Shown: positions 50,351 through 60,553 of the stretch, in pieces
Position numbering within the stretch: the stretch's first letter is position 1
Layout: each line of letters starts with the position of its first letter
Assembly (NCBI GenBank): GCA_038065415.1
Contig: JBBTRA010000003.1
Location: forward strand, 9,314-73,313
Direction of reading: 5' to 3'
Source of the DNA: Patescibacteria group bacterium
Lineage (GTDB): Bacteria > Patescibacteriota > Minisyncoccia > Phycocordibacterales > PALSA-1337
DNA length: 64,000 nt
Notes under the pieces: generated by a model
What the model saw: only the letters and a program-made list of their open reading frames with translations
Database searches by the model: none
What the model was told of the DNA's origin: nothing
Program-made: the position numbers and the translations under genes

Positions 50351-51253
50351 ATGAATACGCGTTTCATCGTCGCACTGATCATCACGATCATGCATGTCAT
50401 CAGCGCGCACCGCGTTGAAGCACAACAACCAAGTACGGTGCCGAGCTCCTGTCCCATCTGGCTCCCCTCAGGACCAGGACTTCATCATTGGGTAGCCACG
50501 AATCGACCATTCTACTCTCCCGTGGCGATCTACTATACGACCAAGGCAGGTGGTGATGGCTGGATCCAAAATTCTGGATCTGTCCAAAGCTTCTCCACCT
50601 TGGCGCAGTTCCAGGGATACCTGGCTTCCGAAGGCATGCGCCTCGTAAGCAGCATCAAGACCAACGCAAAGGCTGGATCCTCGATCAGATTCAACACGAC
50701 GATCTATTATGTTAACCTACCGTATGATCTTGGATTGTCGATCAATGTCACCAATGTCTGCACGGTAGAACAAGTCAATTCGAATTCATTCATAGGATTG
50801 CCTGCTCGCTGGGAAGCTGGAATCGTACCGGTAAGCGGCCTGGAAAGATTCACCGTAGAGGTGAGTGATCCACCCTACAGGTACACTTGGACACCCACAT
50901 CTGCCGTAGCATCCCCGGCAGGCATATACCCGCAAGAGCGCACGACCCACGACCTCATCGTACTCAACTCGTGGTACGCGCTGAAATCTGATTCACGCGT
51001 CCGATACACGGTAGAAGCGGGTGGTGTGACCAGCAGCTACACTCAGCTTGGATCTACCATATCACCCCCCGTAGTGAAGATGCTTCCCGGCGCACGTCTC
51101 CAAGTGTCCATGTCTCCCGGAACGGAGACAACCGTCGAAGCAACTCAGGATTTCGTCACCTGGAACAAGGTGGCGACATTCTATGGGACAAGCACGGTCT
51201 TCGACATAGACCGCACAGCACCACACAGGTTCTTCAGAGCCTACTCCAATTAG
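50351..51253 (+). CDS. secreted hypothetical protein
   Basis: 300 aa; signal peptide MNTRFIVALIITIMHVISAHRVEA; canonical SD AAGGAGG 7 nt upstream; extended -10 TGGTATAAT about 120 nt upstream. Confidence 0.5.
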   Translation: MNTRFIVALIITIMHVISAHRVEAQQPSTVPSSCPIWLPSGPGLHHWVATNRPFYSPVAIYYTTKAGGDGWIQNSGSVQSFSTLAQFQGYLASEGMRLVSSIKTNAKAGSSIRFNTTIYYVNLPYDLGLSINVTNVCTVEQVNSNSFIGLPARWEAGIVPVSGLERFTVEVSDPPYRYTWTPTSAVASPAGIYPQERTTHDLIVLNSWYALKSDSRVRYTVEAGGVTSSYTQLGSTISPPVVKMLPGARLQVSMSPGTETTVEATQDFVTWNKVATFYGTSTVFDIDRTAPHRFFRAYSN

Positions 51254-51258
51254 CACAA

Positions 51259-51287
51259 GCCCCGCATCATCCGATGCGGGGCATTTT
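51259..51287. terminator. bidirectional rho-independent terminator between convergent genes
   Basis: gccccgcatc-atcc-gatgcggggc then atttt. Confidence 0.6.
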
Positions 51288-51311
51288 ACTGTGCTGATTA
51301 GTCTAGATTGT

Positions 51312-53585
51312 TTAGAACTCTTCCAATGTAGAGGACTGAACTGTCAGGACCACGGAGCTCCTCTTCACATCACCAGCCAAATCACAGCTGATTGTGAATA
51401 TATACTGTCCGCTTGGAGTATTCGCAGGAATGGTGGTCGAAATCGCGTTGCTGGTCAAGATAGCGCCGCTATTCGTATTGGTCCAGTCAGTCCAGGTTCC
51501 AGAAGGTGAAAGTGCGCTACATACATATCCTGCTGTAAGACCATTGTTCCAGCGGAGTGCGAACGGCTCAGTCGCTTTTGCCTCATAGGCGGAATACCCT
51601 GCACCGTAGTAGCTTGGCGGAAGGCTCGTAGTACTATCACCGATCAAAAGCTTGAGGTTACCCGCCGAACCAGTGACCGGAACAATGACCGAAGCATTGG
51701 CTGTCCCGCCCGCACCAGTACATGAGACCGAATAGGTCGTCTGAGTAGTCTGAATTTGTCCCTGACCATTATTGCCCGCGGTAGCATTGCCTGTTGAGAA
51801 GTTTGTTCCGGTACATGCAGTTGCATTGGTAGATGACCACGTGATGACCGGTCTAGATCCAGAGGTGACTGATGCTGGAGCTGCAGATATTGCAGCAGTA
51901 GGAGCGGGCGTTGTTCCTCCACATCCAGGACACACAACTCCCCCTCCACCTGATATAGGAGTGAAGTTAAGCCAGCCGATCACTTCACTGCCCCAAGCAA
52001 ACCCTGAGAATGAACCAGCTGGATGAGTACCTACAGTTGCAGGATAATAGGTAACACCAGCATTACCTGAGGTGTCTGGAGATGCGTGATTTGTTCCAGA
52101 AAGATTGATCCACCCATCGAAACCTCCACGATTGTCATATGAAGAAGTTGAACCTCCAGATGAGTTGGCATAATAACCGATACCACCCCAATTCCTACCT
52201 CCTGAGGATGTTGTCGTCCATGTTGCGCCACGATCCCTCGAAATACTTATTGGATCACCGTACTCTGTGACCACTATCTCATTTCCATCATCAGAAACAC
52301 TCACGCCCGTCCACCATGGCGTACCTATAGCGGTCATCGGTGTCCACGTGAGGCCAGCGTTCGTAGAAACATAGACATATCCGCCGGATCTGATTGCAGC
52401 AAGAACCATCCCATCATCTGATGCTGACATACTAGTCCATGTATAACTTGCCGAAGATGCGTTTGCATCTGGAACACCTACCAAATTCTTTATCCTATCA
52501 ATGAATGAGAGTTTTTTTGCAGAATCATCAGCACTCGCGATTCCTGTTCCCGTAGACCACGTGACACCACCATCAGTCGATACTCGCACAGAAAGACTGT
52601 AGACACTTCCAATCATTGCAGCGATCTTCTGTCCGTCATTCGATATTGCTACAGAAGACCAGTTCCCCGATCCTGCCGCAGAACGTGGTGTCCAGGTAAG
52701 TCCCGCATCCGTAGATGTATAGATTGCTCCGCCATATATACCAGAAACTAGGTGAGCTCCGTTGGCAGATACAGCAGCCACTCCATAGGTACCACCCGTT
52801 GATTGGCGAGCCGTCCACGTAGTTCCACCATTTGTCGATACGTATACGCTATCAAAATATTTTGATGTGACAAGTGTCTGATTGTCACTGGAGATGCTCA
52901 TGCGAGAATAATATCCCCCAGGCAATCCGGGTGCAGCTGTCCAGGTAGTTCCACCATCTGTTGTTCTATATATACCCGGACTCGTCCCTCTGTCATATGC
53001 AAAAATCGTCTGTCCGTCACTAGTCGCAGACACCCAATCCCAAAATCTCACACCTGAAGCAGTCTTCTCTACCCATGTCGTACCACCATCTGTAGAAGTC
53101 CATATATTTCCACCGAACACAGACGCAACATACCCCGTAGCCAAAGAACCTCCGGTACTACCACTCGTGACCATCAGTGGATTCTTGACGCTCAGTACTC
53201 TTGCCCAGCCAGTCACTTTACCGGTCGTCATATCAATCGTAGGGTTACAGCCATTGAGTGCTCCTGTTGTGTTCGGACATCCGGCGACATCAGCGGGATT
53301 GAAGCTAATCCAGCCCAAACCTGACTTGATACCTTGAGCATCAACATGACCAGACCACGCATATCCACCGAGCGCACCCAAGCCCCCTGTCGGGGTTGTA
53401 GTACTGATAGTCACGCTGTAGCCGCCGCCTCCTGCACCAACATTGGTGGAGTTGAAACTGACCCATCCTGTATTGGATGACCATGCCCAACCAGTGAGAG
53501 AAGATGTGCCCGCTTGTGCCGAGCCGATCAAGACTCCGAATGCAAGCAAGAAAGCTCCGAGCACAATGGGTATGATTTTTTTCAT
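51312..53585 (-). CDS. secreted BNR/Asp-box repeat (beta-propeller) protein with C-terminal Ig-like region
   Basis: 757 aa; signal peptide; at least 7 S-x-D-x-G-x-T-W repeats (STDGGTTW, TTDGGTTWT, STNGGTTWT, STDAGLTWT, STDGGVTWS, STNAGLTWT, SRDRGATWT). Confidence 0.7.
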   Translation of the reverse strand: MKKIIPIVLGAFLLAFGVLIGSAQAGTSSLTGWAWSSNTGWVSFNSTNVGAGGGGYSVTISTTTPTGGLGALGGYAWSGHVDAQGIKSGLGWISFNPADVAGCPNTTGALNGCNPTIDMTTGKVTGWARVLSVKNPLMVTSGSTGGSLATGYVASVFGGNIWTSTDGGTTWVEKTASGVRFWDWVSATSDGQTIFAYDRGTSPGIYRTTDGGTTWTAAPGLPGGYYSRMSISSDNQTLVTSKYFDSVYVSTNGGTTWTARQSTGGTYGVAAVSANGAHLVSGIYGGAIYTSTDAGLTWTPRSAAGSGNWSSVAISNDGQKIAAMIGSVYSLSVRVSTDGGVTWSTGTGIASADDSAKKLSFIDRIKNLVGVPDANASSASYTWTSMSASDDGMVLAAIRSGGYVYVSTNAGLTWTPMTAIGTPWWTGVSVSDDGNEIVVTEYGDPISISRDRGATWTTTSSGGRNWGGIGYYANSSGGSTSSYDNRGGFDGWINLSGTNHASPDTSGNAGVTYYPATVGTHPAGSFSGFAWGSEVIGWLNFTPISGGGGVVCPGCGGTTPAPTAAISAAPASVTSGSRPVITWSSTNATACTGTNFSTGNATAGNNGQGQIQTTQTTYSVSCTGAGGTANASVIVPVTGSAGNLKLLIGDSTTSLPPSYYGAGYSAYEAKATEPFALRWNNGLTAGYVCSALSPSGTWTDWTNTNSGAILTSNAISTTIPANTPSGQYIFTISCDLAGDVKRSSVVLTVQSSTLEEF

Positions 53586-53665
53586 GTAAAGGTAAAAGAG
53601 GTTAGTAATTACCCCATTATTTTACCCCAGTATCAACACCCACGCGAGTACAGCTGGGGACAACC

Positions 53666-55912
53666 TTACTTTGGCCACTCCTCCACTATCAAAAGTGACT
53701 TCCCTTCTCCTATCTCTCCCCAGATCTCTTCCGTCACATACGGTATAAAAGGATGCAATGCTTGTACAATCGTGCGCAGCGCTCGGAGCAAGAACTGAAT
53801 ACGCGAAATCATGACAACACGATCAGTTCCCGCGATGATCGGCTTACTCTCCTCGAGAATAAGGTCCGCAAATTCGTGCCACGCGTAGTGATAGAGCTTC
53901 TCTCCTACCAGATAGAATTTATACTCTTCCATTTCTGTGCTGATTTCAGCTATAAGATCATTCAATTTCTTGAGGTGAGCCGCATCTGCTGGAGTCCAGT
54001 CCTTGAAATCAGCATCAAACGCGATTTTCTCAGCACTAAAGACGGCTTTGTTGGCCTCTCGATCGTATCGCTCTCCTTCTGCGGTCGAAATGACGAATCG
54101 AGTGATATTCCAGAGTTTATTTGAGAAATTTTTGTATCCCTTGACCTTGTCTTCAGACAATTTCATGTCATTGCCCGGACCAGTGCCAATGATAAGCGAA
54201 AGGCGTGTCGCATCTGCACCATATTTGGCGATCATGTCGAGCGGATCAATTATATTGTCCAGCGATTTGGACATTTTCCTACCCTTACCATCACGGACTA
54301 GACCGTGAAGATACACTGTCTTGAACGGCACATCGCCGATGAGACATCCCGTCATGAGCACCATGCGAGCCACCCAGAAGAACAGGATGTCGTAGCCAGT
54401 CTCGAGCACTGCTGTCGGATGGAATACCTTGAGATCCTCGGTCCGATCAGGCCAGCCAAGAGTCGAGAATGTCCAGAGACCTGATGAAAACCATGTGTCG
54501 AGCGTGTCTTCGTCTTGAGTCCACGCCGAGCACGAATCTGCTGATTCGCCTTCACCAGACGGGGCTTCAAGGCCGATTGATATTTCGGCACCTTTGTACC
54601 ATACCGGCACGCGATGCCCATACCAAATCTGACGCGAAATACACCAATCCCTCAGATTATCGATCCAATGATAGTACACTTTCTCAAAACGTTCAGGAAT
54701 GATCTTGATCGCACCCGACTCTACGGCATGCTTCATGATCTCCTTCAACGTCACCTCCTGACCAGATTTTATTCCAGGAATATTTGAGCTCGGTATCTTG
54801 AATGGCTTGTTGACTGCGATAAACCACTGATTCATGATCTGGGGCTCGATGAGTCCGCCGGTGCGTTCTGCCGTAGCGACATTGTGAGTATACTGCTCCT
54901 CCTTGGCAACAAGACCTTTGGCGCGGAGCTTCTCTACGATTTTTGGACGCGCTTCGGAGAGCTTCATTCCCGCAAATTCACCCGCAACCGGCAGAAGCTT
55001 GCCATATGAATCTATGATCTGCTCTTTGTCGAGTTTGTAGCGTTCAGCAATATCAAAGTCCACGTTACTGTGCCATGGTGTAATTGTCATGACGCCAGTA
55101 CCGAACTCCATATCTATGGATGTATCCTTGATAACCGTTGCAGTGATGGGGCCATTGATCCATTCGAGGTCAATCTTCTGGCCATGGGTATACTCCGCAT
55201 ATCGTGCATCATCCGGATGCATAACAACGTATTTATCCCCAAATTTTGTCTCGGGTCGAGCAGTACCGATAGTGAAAGGTCCGTATTTAAAATAATAAAA
55301 TGTCGTCTTCTCTTCTTTGTACACAATCTCGTCATCAGAGATGGTCGTCTGCCCTTTTGGATCCCAGTTCACTATACGATGACCTCGATAGATGAGACCG
55401 AGATCATGCATGGTCTTGAAGGCGGTTCGGACGGCACGGGTCCTCTTGTCATCAAGTGTAAATGCCTCACGAGACCAGTCGATAGATGCCCCCATTTTGC
55501 GGACTTGATTGACGATGGTGTCATGACTCGCTTGCGCAAATGCATCGACACGTTTCAGAAATTCCTCACGGCCCAGATCTTGACGGCGCTTGCCTTCTTT
55601 CTTCTCGATCTCCTTCTCCACTTTGGATTGGGTAGCAATAGCGGCATGGTCAGTACCAGGAAGCCAGAGTGTCTTGAACCCTTGCATGCGCTTGTAACGA
55701 ACCATAATATCCTCGATGGCGAGCATGGCTGCATGACCCATATGAAGGGTACCCGTCACATTGGGTGGTGGCAAAACGATACTGTACGGCTCGCCTTTTT
55801 TGTTGCGCTCAGGCAGAGTGTCCGGATTGAAAAAACCGCTCTTCTCCCAGAGCTCATAGATACGGTCTTCGGTTGCCTGTGGGTCGTAAGGCTTGAGGAA
55901 TTTCTGATTCAT
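53666..55912 (-). CDS. valS: valyl-tRNA synthetase
   Basis: Start assigned to MNQKFLKPYDPQATEDRIYELW; PPPNVTGTLHMGHA (HIGH); KMSKSLDN. Confidence 0.95.
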   Translation of the reverse strand: MNQKFLKPYDPQATEDRIYELWEKSGFFNPDTLPERNKKGEPYSIVLPPPNVTGTLHMGHAAMLAIEDIMVRYKRMQGFKTLWLPGTDHAAIATQSKVEKEIEKKEGKRRQDLGREEFLKRVDAFAQASHDTIVNQVRKMGASIDWSREAFTLDDKRTRAVRTAFKTMHDLGLIYRGHRIVNWDPKGQTTISDDEIVYKEEKTTFYYFKYGPFTIGTARPETKFGDKYVVMHPDDARYAEYTHGQKIDLEWINGPITATVIKDTSIDMEFGTGVMTITPWHSNVDFDIAERYKLDKEQIIDSYGKLLPVAGEFAGMKLSEARPKIVEKLRAKGLVAKEEQYTHNVATAERTGGLIEPQIMNQWFIAVNKPFKIPSSNIPGIKSGQEVTLKEIMKHAVESGAIKIIPERFEKVYYHWIDNLRDWCISRQIWYGHRVPVWYKGAEISIGLEAPSGEGESADSCSAWTQDEDTLDTWFSSGLWTFSTLGWPDRTEDLKVFHPTAVLETGYDILFFWVARMVLMTGCLIGDVPFKTVYLHGLVRDGKGRKMSKSLDNIIDPLDMIAKYGADATRLSLIIGTGPGNDMKLSEDKVKGYKNFSNKLWNITRFVISTAEGERYDREANKAVFSAEKIAFDADFKDWTPADAAHLKKLNDLIAEISTEMEEYKFYLVGEKLYHYAWHEFADLILEESKPIIAGTDRVVMISRIQFLLRALRTIVQALHPFIPYVTEEIWGEIGEGKSLLIVEEWPK

Positions 55913-56021
55913 CGCGTATACAAAGGATATGCACACAACTGTAGCAAAAAAATACGGCCCTGTATAATGCATCGACCGTCCGAGCATCCAATTGCTGCCG
56001 CTTGTGGTATAATTTACCGGT

Positions 56022-56654
56022 ATGCCAAAAGCTCCCTCGCGCACCCGCAAAAATACCCGTAAAAACAATAAGCTCCTCTATGAGGTCGCTCTCGGCCTCT
56101 CAGTTGTAGCTGTCGCCGTTGGACTCGGCGTCCAATCGGTGCCTCGCATCATCATGGATGCAGCAGATTCGACTGCCGCAGTCATATCCAGCACACTTGT
56201 GGATCTAGTCAATATTGATAGACAAGCTGCCTCGGTCACACAGCTTCGAGTGAGCCCGATTTTACAGAAAGCTGCTCAAGCAAAAGCAGATGACATGGCT
56301 TCCAGAGGATATTTTGCACACAATAGTCCCGACGGCATCACACCATGGCACTGGCTAGCGCTCGCAGGATATGATTATGCATACGCTGGCGAGAATCTTG
56401 CAGTAGACTTTTTTGATTCGGCTGAAGTTGAGAAGGCCTGGATGAACTCACCTCTCCACCGTGCCAATATCACGAGTGAGACGTTCACTGAGATTGGAAT
56501 TGCAACAGCAACTGGCATATACAACGGCCACGAGACCACCTTTGTGGTGCAGATGTTCGGCAGACCACTCGGAAACTCGGAGGCACTTCTGAGTACTGAG
56601 GATCCTGCCATCATCCTCTCTACCCCTGATTTCATCGCCGCTTCCCGCCAGTAA
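56022..56654 (+). CDS. CAP (SCP/PR-1-like) domain protein, membrane-anchored
   Basis: 210 aa; GYFAHNSPDG...GENLA...W...SPLHRANI CAP motifs; TGGTATAAT ends 8 nt before ATG. Confidence 0.7.
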   Translation: MPKAPSRTRKNTRKNNKLLYEVALGLSVVAVAVGLGVQSVPRIIMDAADSTAAVISSTLVDLVNIDRQAASVTQLRVSPILQKAAQAKADDMASRGYFAHNSPDGITPWHWLALAGYDYAYAGENLAVDFFDSAEVEKAWMNSPLHRANITSETFTEIGIATATGIYNGHETTFVVQMFGRPLGNSEALLSTEDPAIILSTPDFIAASRQ

Positions 56655-56681
56655 CATTCCTTCATACTCATAGTGAGCTGC

Positions 56682-56712
56682 AAAAATACCCCATTGCTGG
56701 GGTATTTTTGTT
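56682..56712. terminator. bidirectional rho-independent terminator
   Basis: aaaatacccca-ttgc-tggggtatttt flanked by A/T runs. Confidence 0.6.
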
Positions 56713-56734
56713 TGAAAGAGATTCGAACGCGGTA

Positions 56735-56935
56735 TTACACGCGCTTAACGCTCTTTGCGCTTGGGCCCTTGTCGCCCTGGACGACTTCGAAGGTGACTGT
56801 ATCACCCGTGCGAAGCTCATCGAAAGAGACACCCTGGAGATCATTGGAGTGGAAGAAAAGGTCCTTTGCTTCGCCTTCGCGGGCAATGAATCCAAATCCC
56901 TTGTCCGTGATGGTCTTGATTGTTCCTGTCATCAT
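56735..56935 (-). CDS. cspA: cold-shock protein (CspA family)
   Basis: 66 aa; GTIKTITDKGFGFI RNP1 motif, VTFEVVQGDKGPSA. Confidence 0.9.
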   Translation of the reverse strand: MMTGTIKTITDKGFGFIAREGEAKDLFFHSNDLQGVSFDELRTGDTVTFEVVQGDKGPSAKSVKRV

Positions 56936-57048
56936 GTGAGTTTTGACTATTGTTTACTACTATTTCGCAGAAAATCGACGCTTTTCTTTGCTTGGCTATA
57001 GTAGCACGGAAGCGACAGAATAGATATAGCAAGGAGAATCTCACCAAA

Positions 57049-57120
57049 GTAGCCCTACGGGGAATCGAACCCCGATTACTGCCTTGAGAAGGCAATGTCC
57101 TAACCGTTAGACGATAGGGC
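57049..57120 (-). tRNA. tRNA-Glu (anticodon CUC)
   Basis: Manual cloverleaf on minus strand: GGCCCTA / TCGTCTAACGGTTAGGAC D-arm / TTGCC-TTCTCAA-GGCAG anticodon arm / CGGGG-TTCGATT-CCCCG T-arm / TAGGGCT acceptor (G1:U72 wobble). Confidence 0.8.
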
Positions 57121-57145
57121 CGTGGATATAGTTATAACCCAGATT

Positions 57146-58447
57146 CTACTTCTTTTCAAGCCATTCTGGCTCCTGGCGTACGAGCAGCTTCTCAGCTTGA
57201 CCTGGGTCACGCATCAGAGCTGTCACTGTACGCTCCATACGAATCGACTGGGAACCTTTGATGAGTAGAACATCGCCCGTCTTCACGAGTGGTTTGAGGT
57301 ATTCGCTTGCTTCAACCGAAGAATCAAATGCGTGTACTTTATCCGCCGCTAAGCCAGCCCTGAGCGCCTCATCAGCTGTTGCGCGTGAACGCTGGCCGAC
57401 TGTAATAAGCATATCGGCAGCTCCTATGACTTCCCTACCAACCTTGCGATGTTCCTCAGTAGAGTATTGTCCGAGCTCCATCATGTCTCCGAGCACTGCG
57501 ACCTTACTACCACTCGTCTCTATACTCTTGAGAGTTTGCAGAGCAGACAGGGTCGCATCAGGAGAAGAATTGTAGGTATCATCGATGATCGTACTGTTAT
57601 TGGCTCCGGAAATAAGATTCATGCGACCCTTTGGAGCATCATACGCATTCAAACCCTTGATGATAGTTTCCACAGAAAGATTTTTTGCAGTGCCAACGGC
57701 AGCTGCCGCAAGAAGCGGGTACATGTATGTCTTGCCGATAATTCCCTTCAAGTAAATCGGCTGGGGGGTGCCATTGATTGTGAGCGTAAATCCAAGCCCC
57801 ACAGGTGCATTCTCAGCATAGGTCACATGATCATCACTTCCCTTCACCGTAGCACCATCGATGGTCCCGAATGAAATGATCTTCGCGTTCTTTTCTTTGA
57901 CCCGCTCTGCGATGCTCATGACTTTGGGATTATCTGCAAAAAGAACGAGTGCTCCACCATTTTTGAGTGCTCCCGCCAAACTCGCCTTCTCCTCGAACAC
58001 TTCTTCCGGAGACGCGAAGAACTCCACATGTACTGGAGTATCACTGACCTGAGTGATCACCACAATATCGGCACGCAACCATTTTGCAACTTTGCTGATA
58101 TCGCCTGGATGATCCGCACCAATCTCGAGTACGAGGGTGTCGGGGTATTCCGCCCTACTCACGATAAGTCTGAAACCTTCGAAAAGATTATTGATCCAAC
58201 CAGAGAGATTCTTCCAGGCATTAGGGACACCGATGACGGTGAGTGGCAAACCGATGTCACTATTCATACTCTTTTCGCTCTTGCGGGCATGCCCGCTCTG
58301 ATCCTTGAGAACACTATAAATAGCATCCTTGGTCGAAGTTTTGCCGACACTACCAGTCACGGCCACGATAAATGGTTTGTATTTAGCGATAATGAGGCGG
58401 GATTCGAGCGTAAGGAGGGCGACCAGGGTTTTCTTGAGGAAATTCAT
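57146..58447 (-). CDS. murF: UDP-N-acetylmuramoyl-tripeptide--D-alanyl-D-alanine ligase (Mur ligase family)
   Basis: Start assigned to MNFLKKTLVAL...; ATP-binding VTGSVGKTSTKD. Confidence 0.8.
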   Translation of the reverse strand: MNFLKKTLVALLTLESRLIIAKYKPFIVAVTGSVGKTSTKDAIYSVLKDQSGHARKSEKSMNSDIGLPLTVIGVPNAWKNLSGWINNLFEGFRLIVSRAEYPDTLVLEIGADHPGDISKVAKWLRADIVVITQVSDTPVHVEFFASPEEVFEEKASLAGALKNGGALVLFADNPKVMSIAERVKEKNAKIISFGTIDGATVKGSDDHVTYAENAPVGLGFTLTINGTPQPIYLKGIIGKTYMYPLLAAAAVGTAKNLSVETIIKGLNAYDAPKGRMNLISGANNSTIIDDTYNSSPDATLSALQTLKSIETSGSKVAVLGDMMELGQYSTEEHRKVGREVIGAADMLITVGQRSRATADEALRAGLAADKVHAFDSSVEASEYLKPLVKTGDVLLIKGSQSIRMERTVTALMRDPGQAEKLLVRQEPEWLEKK

Positions 58448-58513
58448 AGATGTGGACGTTGCGAATCGGGTAAACCACATTATAGTCGTATTTTGGGCAA
58501 AAAGAAAATCACA

Positions 58514-60226
58514 TCACCTATCCGGCGGCACATTGTAGTAACTGATCAAAAACTTGGTGAGATCATGAAAAGGCTCCGCCAATGTCTCCGACGCATACTG
58601 CGCTCCCTTCGGATGTTTTTGATACAAGAAAACAAGGAACTTGGCATCGTACGCCGGAAAATACCCGAAGAACGAGTGCAGATAACGGTCATCGTAATAC
58701 TTCTTGTTAACTGAATCGGGGATCTGAGCAGTTCCTGTCTTGGCTGCCACGCTGTACCCATCTATCTTGAGCGCACCTTGACGCAGAGAATCATCAACCA
58801 CTTTGACCAACATTCGGGTTACATCTTCAGAGCTTCCCTCTTTGAGTACACGGAAGCTTTCACCATGATCGACAACCATTTTGCTCCCATCGACATAGTC
58901 GATCTCTTTTACAAAATGTGGTCGGACCAGCATGCCGCCATTGGCAAGTGCCGCCAATGCGCGCGTGATGGCTATTGGTGACATAGCAATACCTTGCCCA
59001 TACGCAGCCGTAGCAATTTCCACATCACGTGCAGACTTGAGATTGTCCATGAGACCAGTTGCTTCGTTGGGCTGATCCACACCTGTCTTCTCGCCAAGAC
59101 CAAACAATTTGAAATAGTCAGTGAACTCACCTTTGCCCACCTTGAGCGCCACCGTTGCCGCACCGATGTTGAGAGATTGACTGAGGATCTCCTGCACATT
59201 CACGCGACCACGAGCCTTACCGTCATAGTTGGAGATCTTCCTACCATCGAGCGTCATTGTACCTGTATCGTCATAGGTCGAAGCTGGAGTGATGGCGCCC
59301 GTATCGAGACCCACAGCGACCGTGAGCGGCTTCAGGATAGATCCCATCTCATAGACATGCTCGATGAGTGGGTTCGAGAGTACGGATGCACTTTCGATCT
59401 TGGAAAGGTCATTGGGGTCAAATGTGGGCAGTGCAGCGGCGGCGATAATCGCTCCCGTCGCAGGATCGATGATAATACCGCCGATCTCGTCGGGTCGCCA
59501 GGTGGAGCTCGTCTTACTAAGAACCTTCTCTAGATACGCTTGAACCGTCGGCTCGAGCGTAGTCACAATATCCCCTTCACCCTCAGGGTCTCCAGTCAAC
59601 AATCCTGAACCTCCCGTGAAGAGCTGAGCAAAAACAGAACTACCCGCACCGGACGCATTCCTGCTAAGCACGTCGTTGTATGCACGCTCCAACCCATATT
59701 TACCTTCGATGACACCTTGGTCATTCTCTCCAATAATACCGATCACATGTGCCGCAGTCTCACCTCCTGGGTATGAGCGCTTGCTCTCCTTGGTAACATC
59801 AATCCCCGGAAGCGTGAGTACTCGAATCGATTGAGCCGTGCTCTCATCCACTTTGCGGGCAATCTCTTCATACGGATCTCCTGTGAGTGTCGTCTTCGTC
59901 ATGAAGTCGTCACGATCTATATCCATATAATGCGAAAGTGCATCGTATGCACCAGCAGCATCGGTAATGAGTTTGGGAGTCATCGAGACCACATAGGTGC
60001 TCGCCAGCGTAGCTGCCGCAGGATGACTATCATTCTTGCCACTCATGAATATCGTGCCGCGATCGAGTGCCTTTGCCCATGGGCGGATGTACTGCTTATT
60101 CGCCTTTGCTATATATGACGAACCGTTGGTGATCTGTATGGAGTAGAGCGTAAGTGCTAGGCCGCAGGCAGCTGCGACAATACCGCCCAAGACGATGCGT
60201 GCGCGTAATCGTTGACTAGAGTTCAT
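58514..60226 (-). CDS. ftsI: penicillin-binding protein, transpeptidase (FtsI/PBP2-like)
   Basis: 570 aa; N-terminal TM; SxxK active site in MGSILKPLT; SxN/KTG-like motifs downstream. Confidence 0.85.
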   Translation of the reverse strand: MNSSQRLRARIVLGGIVAAACGLALTLYSIQITNGSSYIAKANKQYIRPWAKALDRGTIFMSGKNDSHPAAATLASTYVVSMTPKLITDAAGAYDALSHYMDIDRDDFMTKTTLTGDPYEEIARKVDESTAQSIRVLTLPGIDVTKESKRSYPGGETAAHVIGIIGENDQGVIEGKYGLERAYNDVLSRNASGAGSSVFAQLFTGGSGLLTGDPEGEGDIVTTLEPTVQAYLEKVLSKTSSTWRPDEIGGIIIDPATGAIIAAAALPTFDPNDLSKIESASVLSNPLIEHVYEMGSILKPLTVAVGLDTGAITPASTYDDTGTMTLDGRKISNYDGKARGRVNVQEILSQSLNIGAATVALKVGKGEFTDYFKLFGLGEKTGVDQPNEATGLMDNLKSARDVEIATAAYGQGIAMSPIAITRALAALANGGMLVRPHFVKEIDYVDGSKMVVDHGESFRVLKEGSSEDVTRMLVKVVDDSLRQGALKIDGYSVAAKTGTAQIPDSVNKKYYDDRYLHSFFGYFPAYDAKFLVFLYQKHPKGAQYASETLAEPFHDLTKFLISYYNVPPDR

Positions 60227-60548
60227 GTCCCGCCAGAGCTACACGGCCCAGAGAGGCGCGCGAGATGAAGGCGCTGACTTCGGCCTGGCCATAGCCATAC
60301 ACATCGAGAGTGTCAGGGGTTATATTCTTGGATATGCCGAGATACTGAGCGTCGAGAGCCTGGACGGAAGCATTGAGCTCTTTGGCCTCCTGTGTGATGT
60401 GCTGAAGAGCGACAGTGTGTGAAATGACGCGGTAGAGATTGGCCGCATAGAACAGCGCAGACACAATACAACCCATGAGAAGCGCCGTCGTGATACTGCG
60501 GCGATAAGTGTGGGCGATCGTATAGGTTTGTGCGAGTGCTTTGGTCAT
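60216..60548 (-). CDS. FtsL-like small bitopic membrane protein
   Basis: 110 aa with single TM helix; sits between rsmH and ftsI as in dcw clusters. Confidence 0.45.
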   Translation of the reverse strand: MTKALAQTYTIAHTYRRSITTALLMGCIVSALFYAANLYRVISHTVALQHITQEAKELNASVQALDAQYLGISKNITPDTLDVYGYGQAEVSAFISRASLGRVALAGHEL

Positions 60549-60553
60549 GTGTG

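Noticed and set aside
55070-56062. 330-aa + strand ORF
   Set aside because: Entirely antisense to valS. Low-complexity and cysteine-rich, with no signals.
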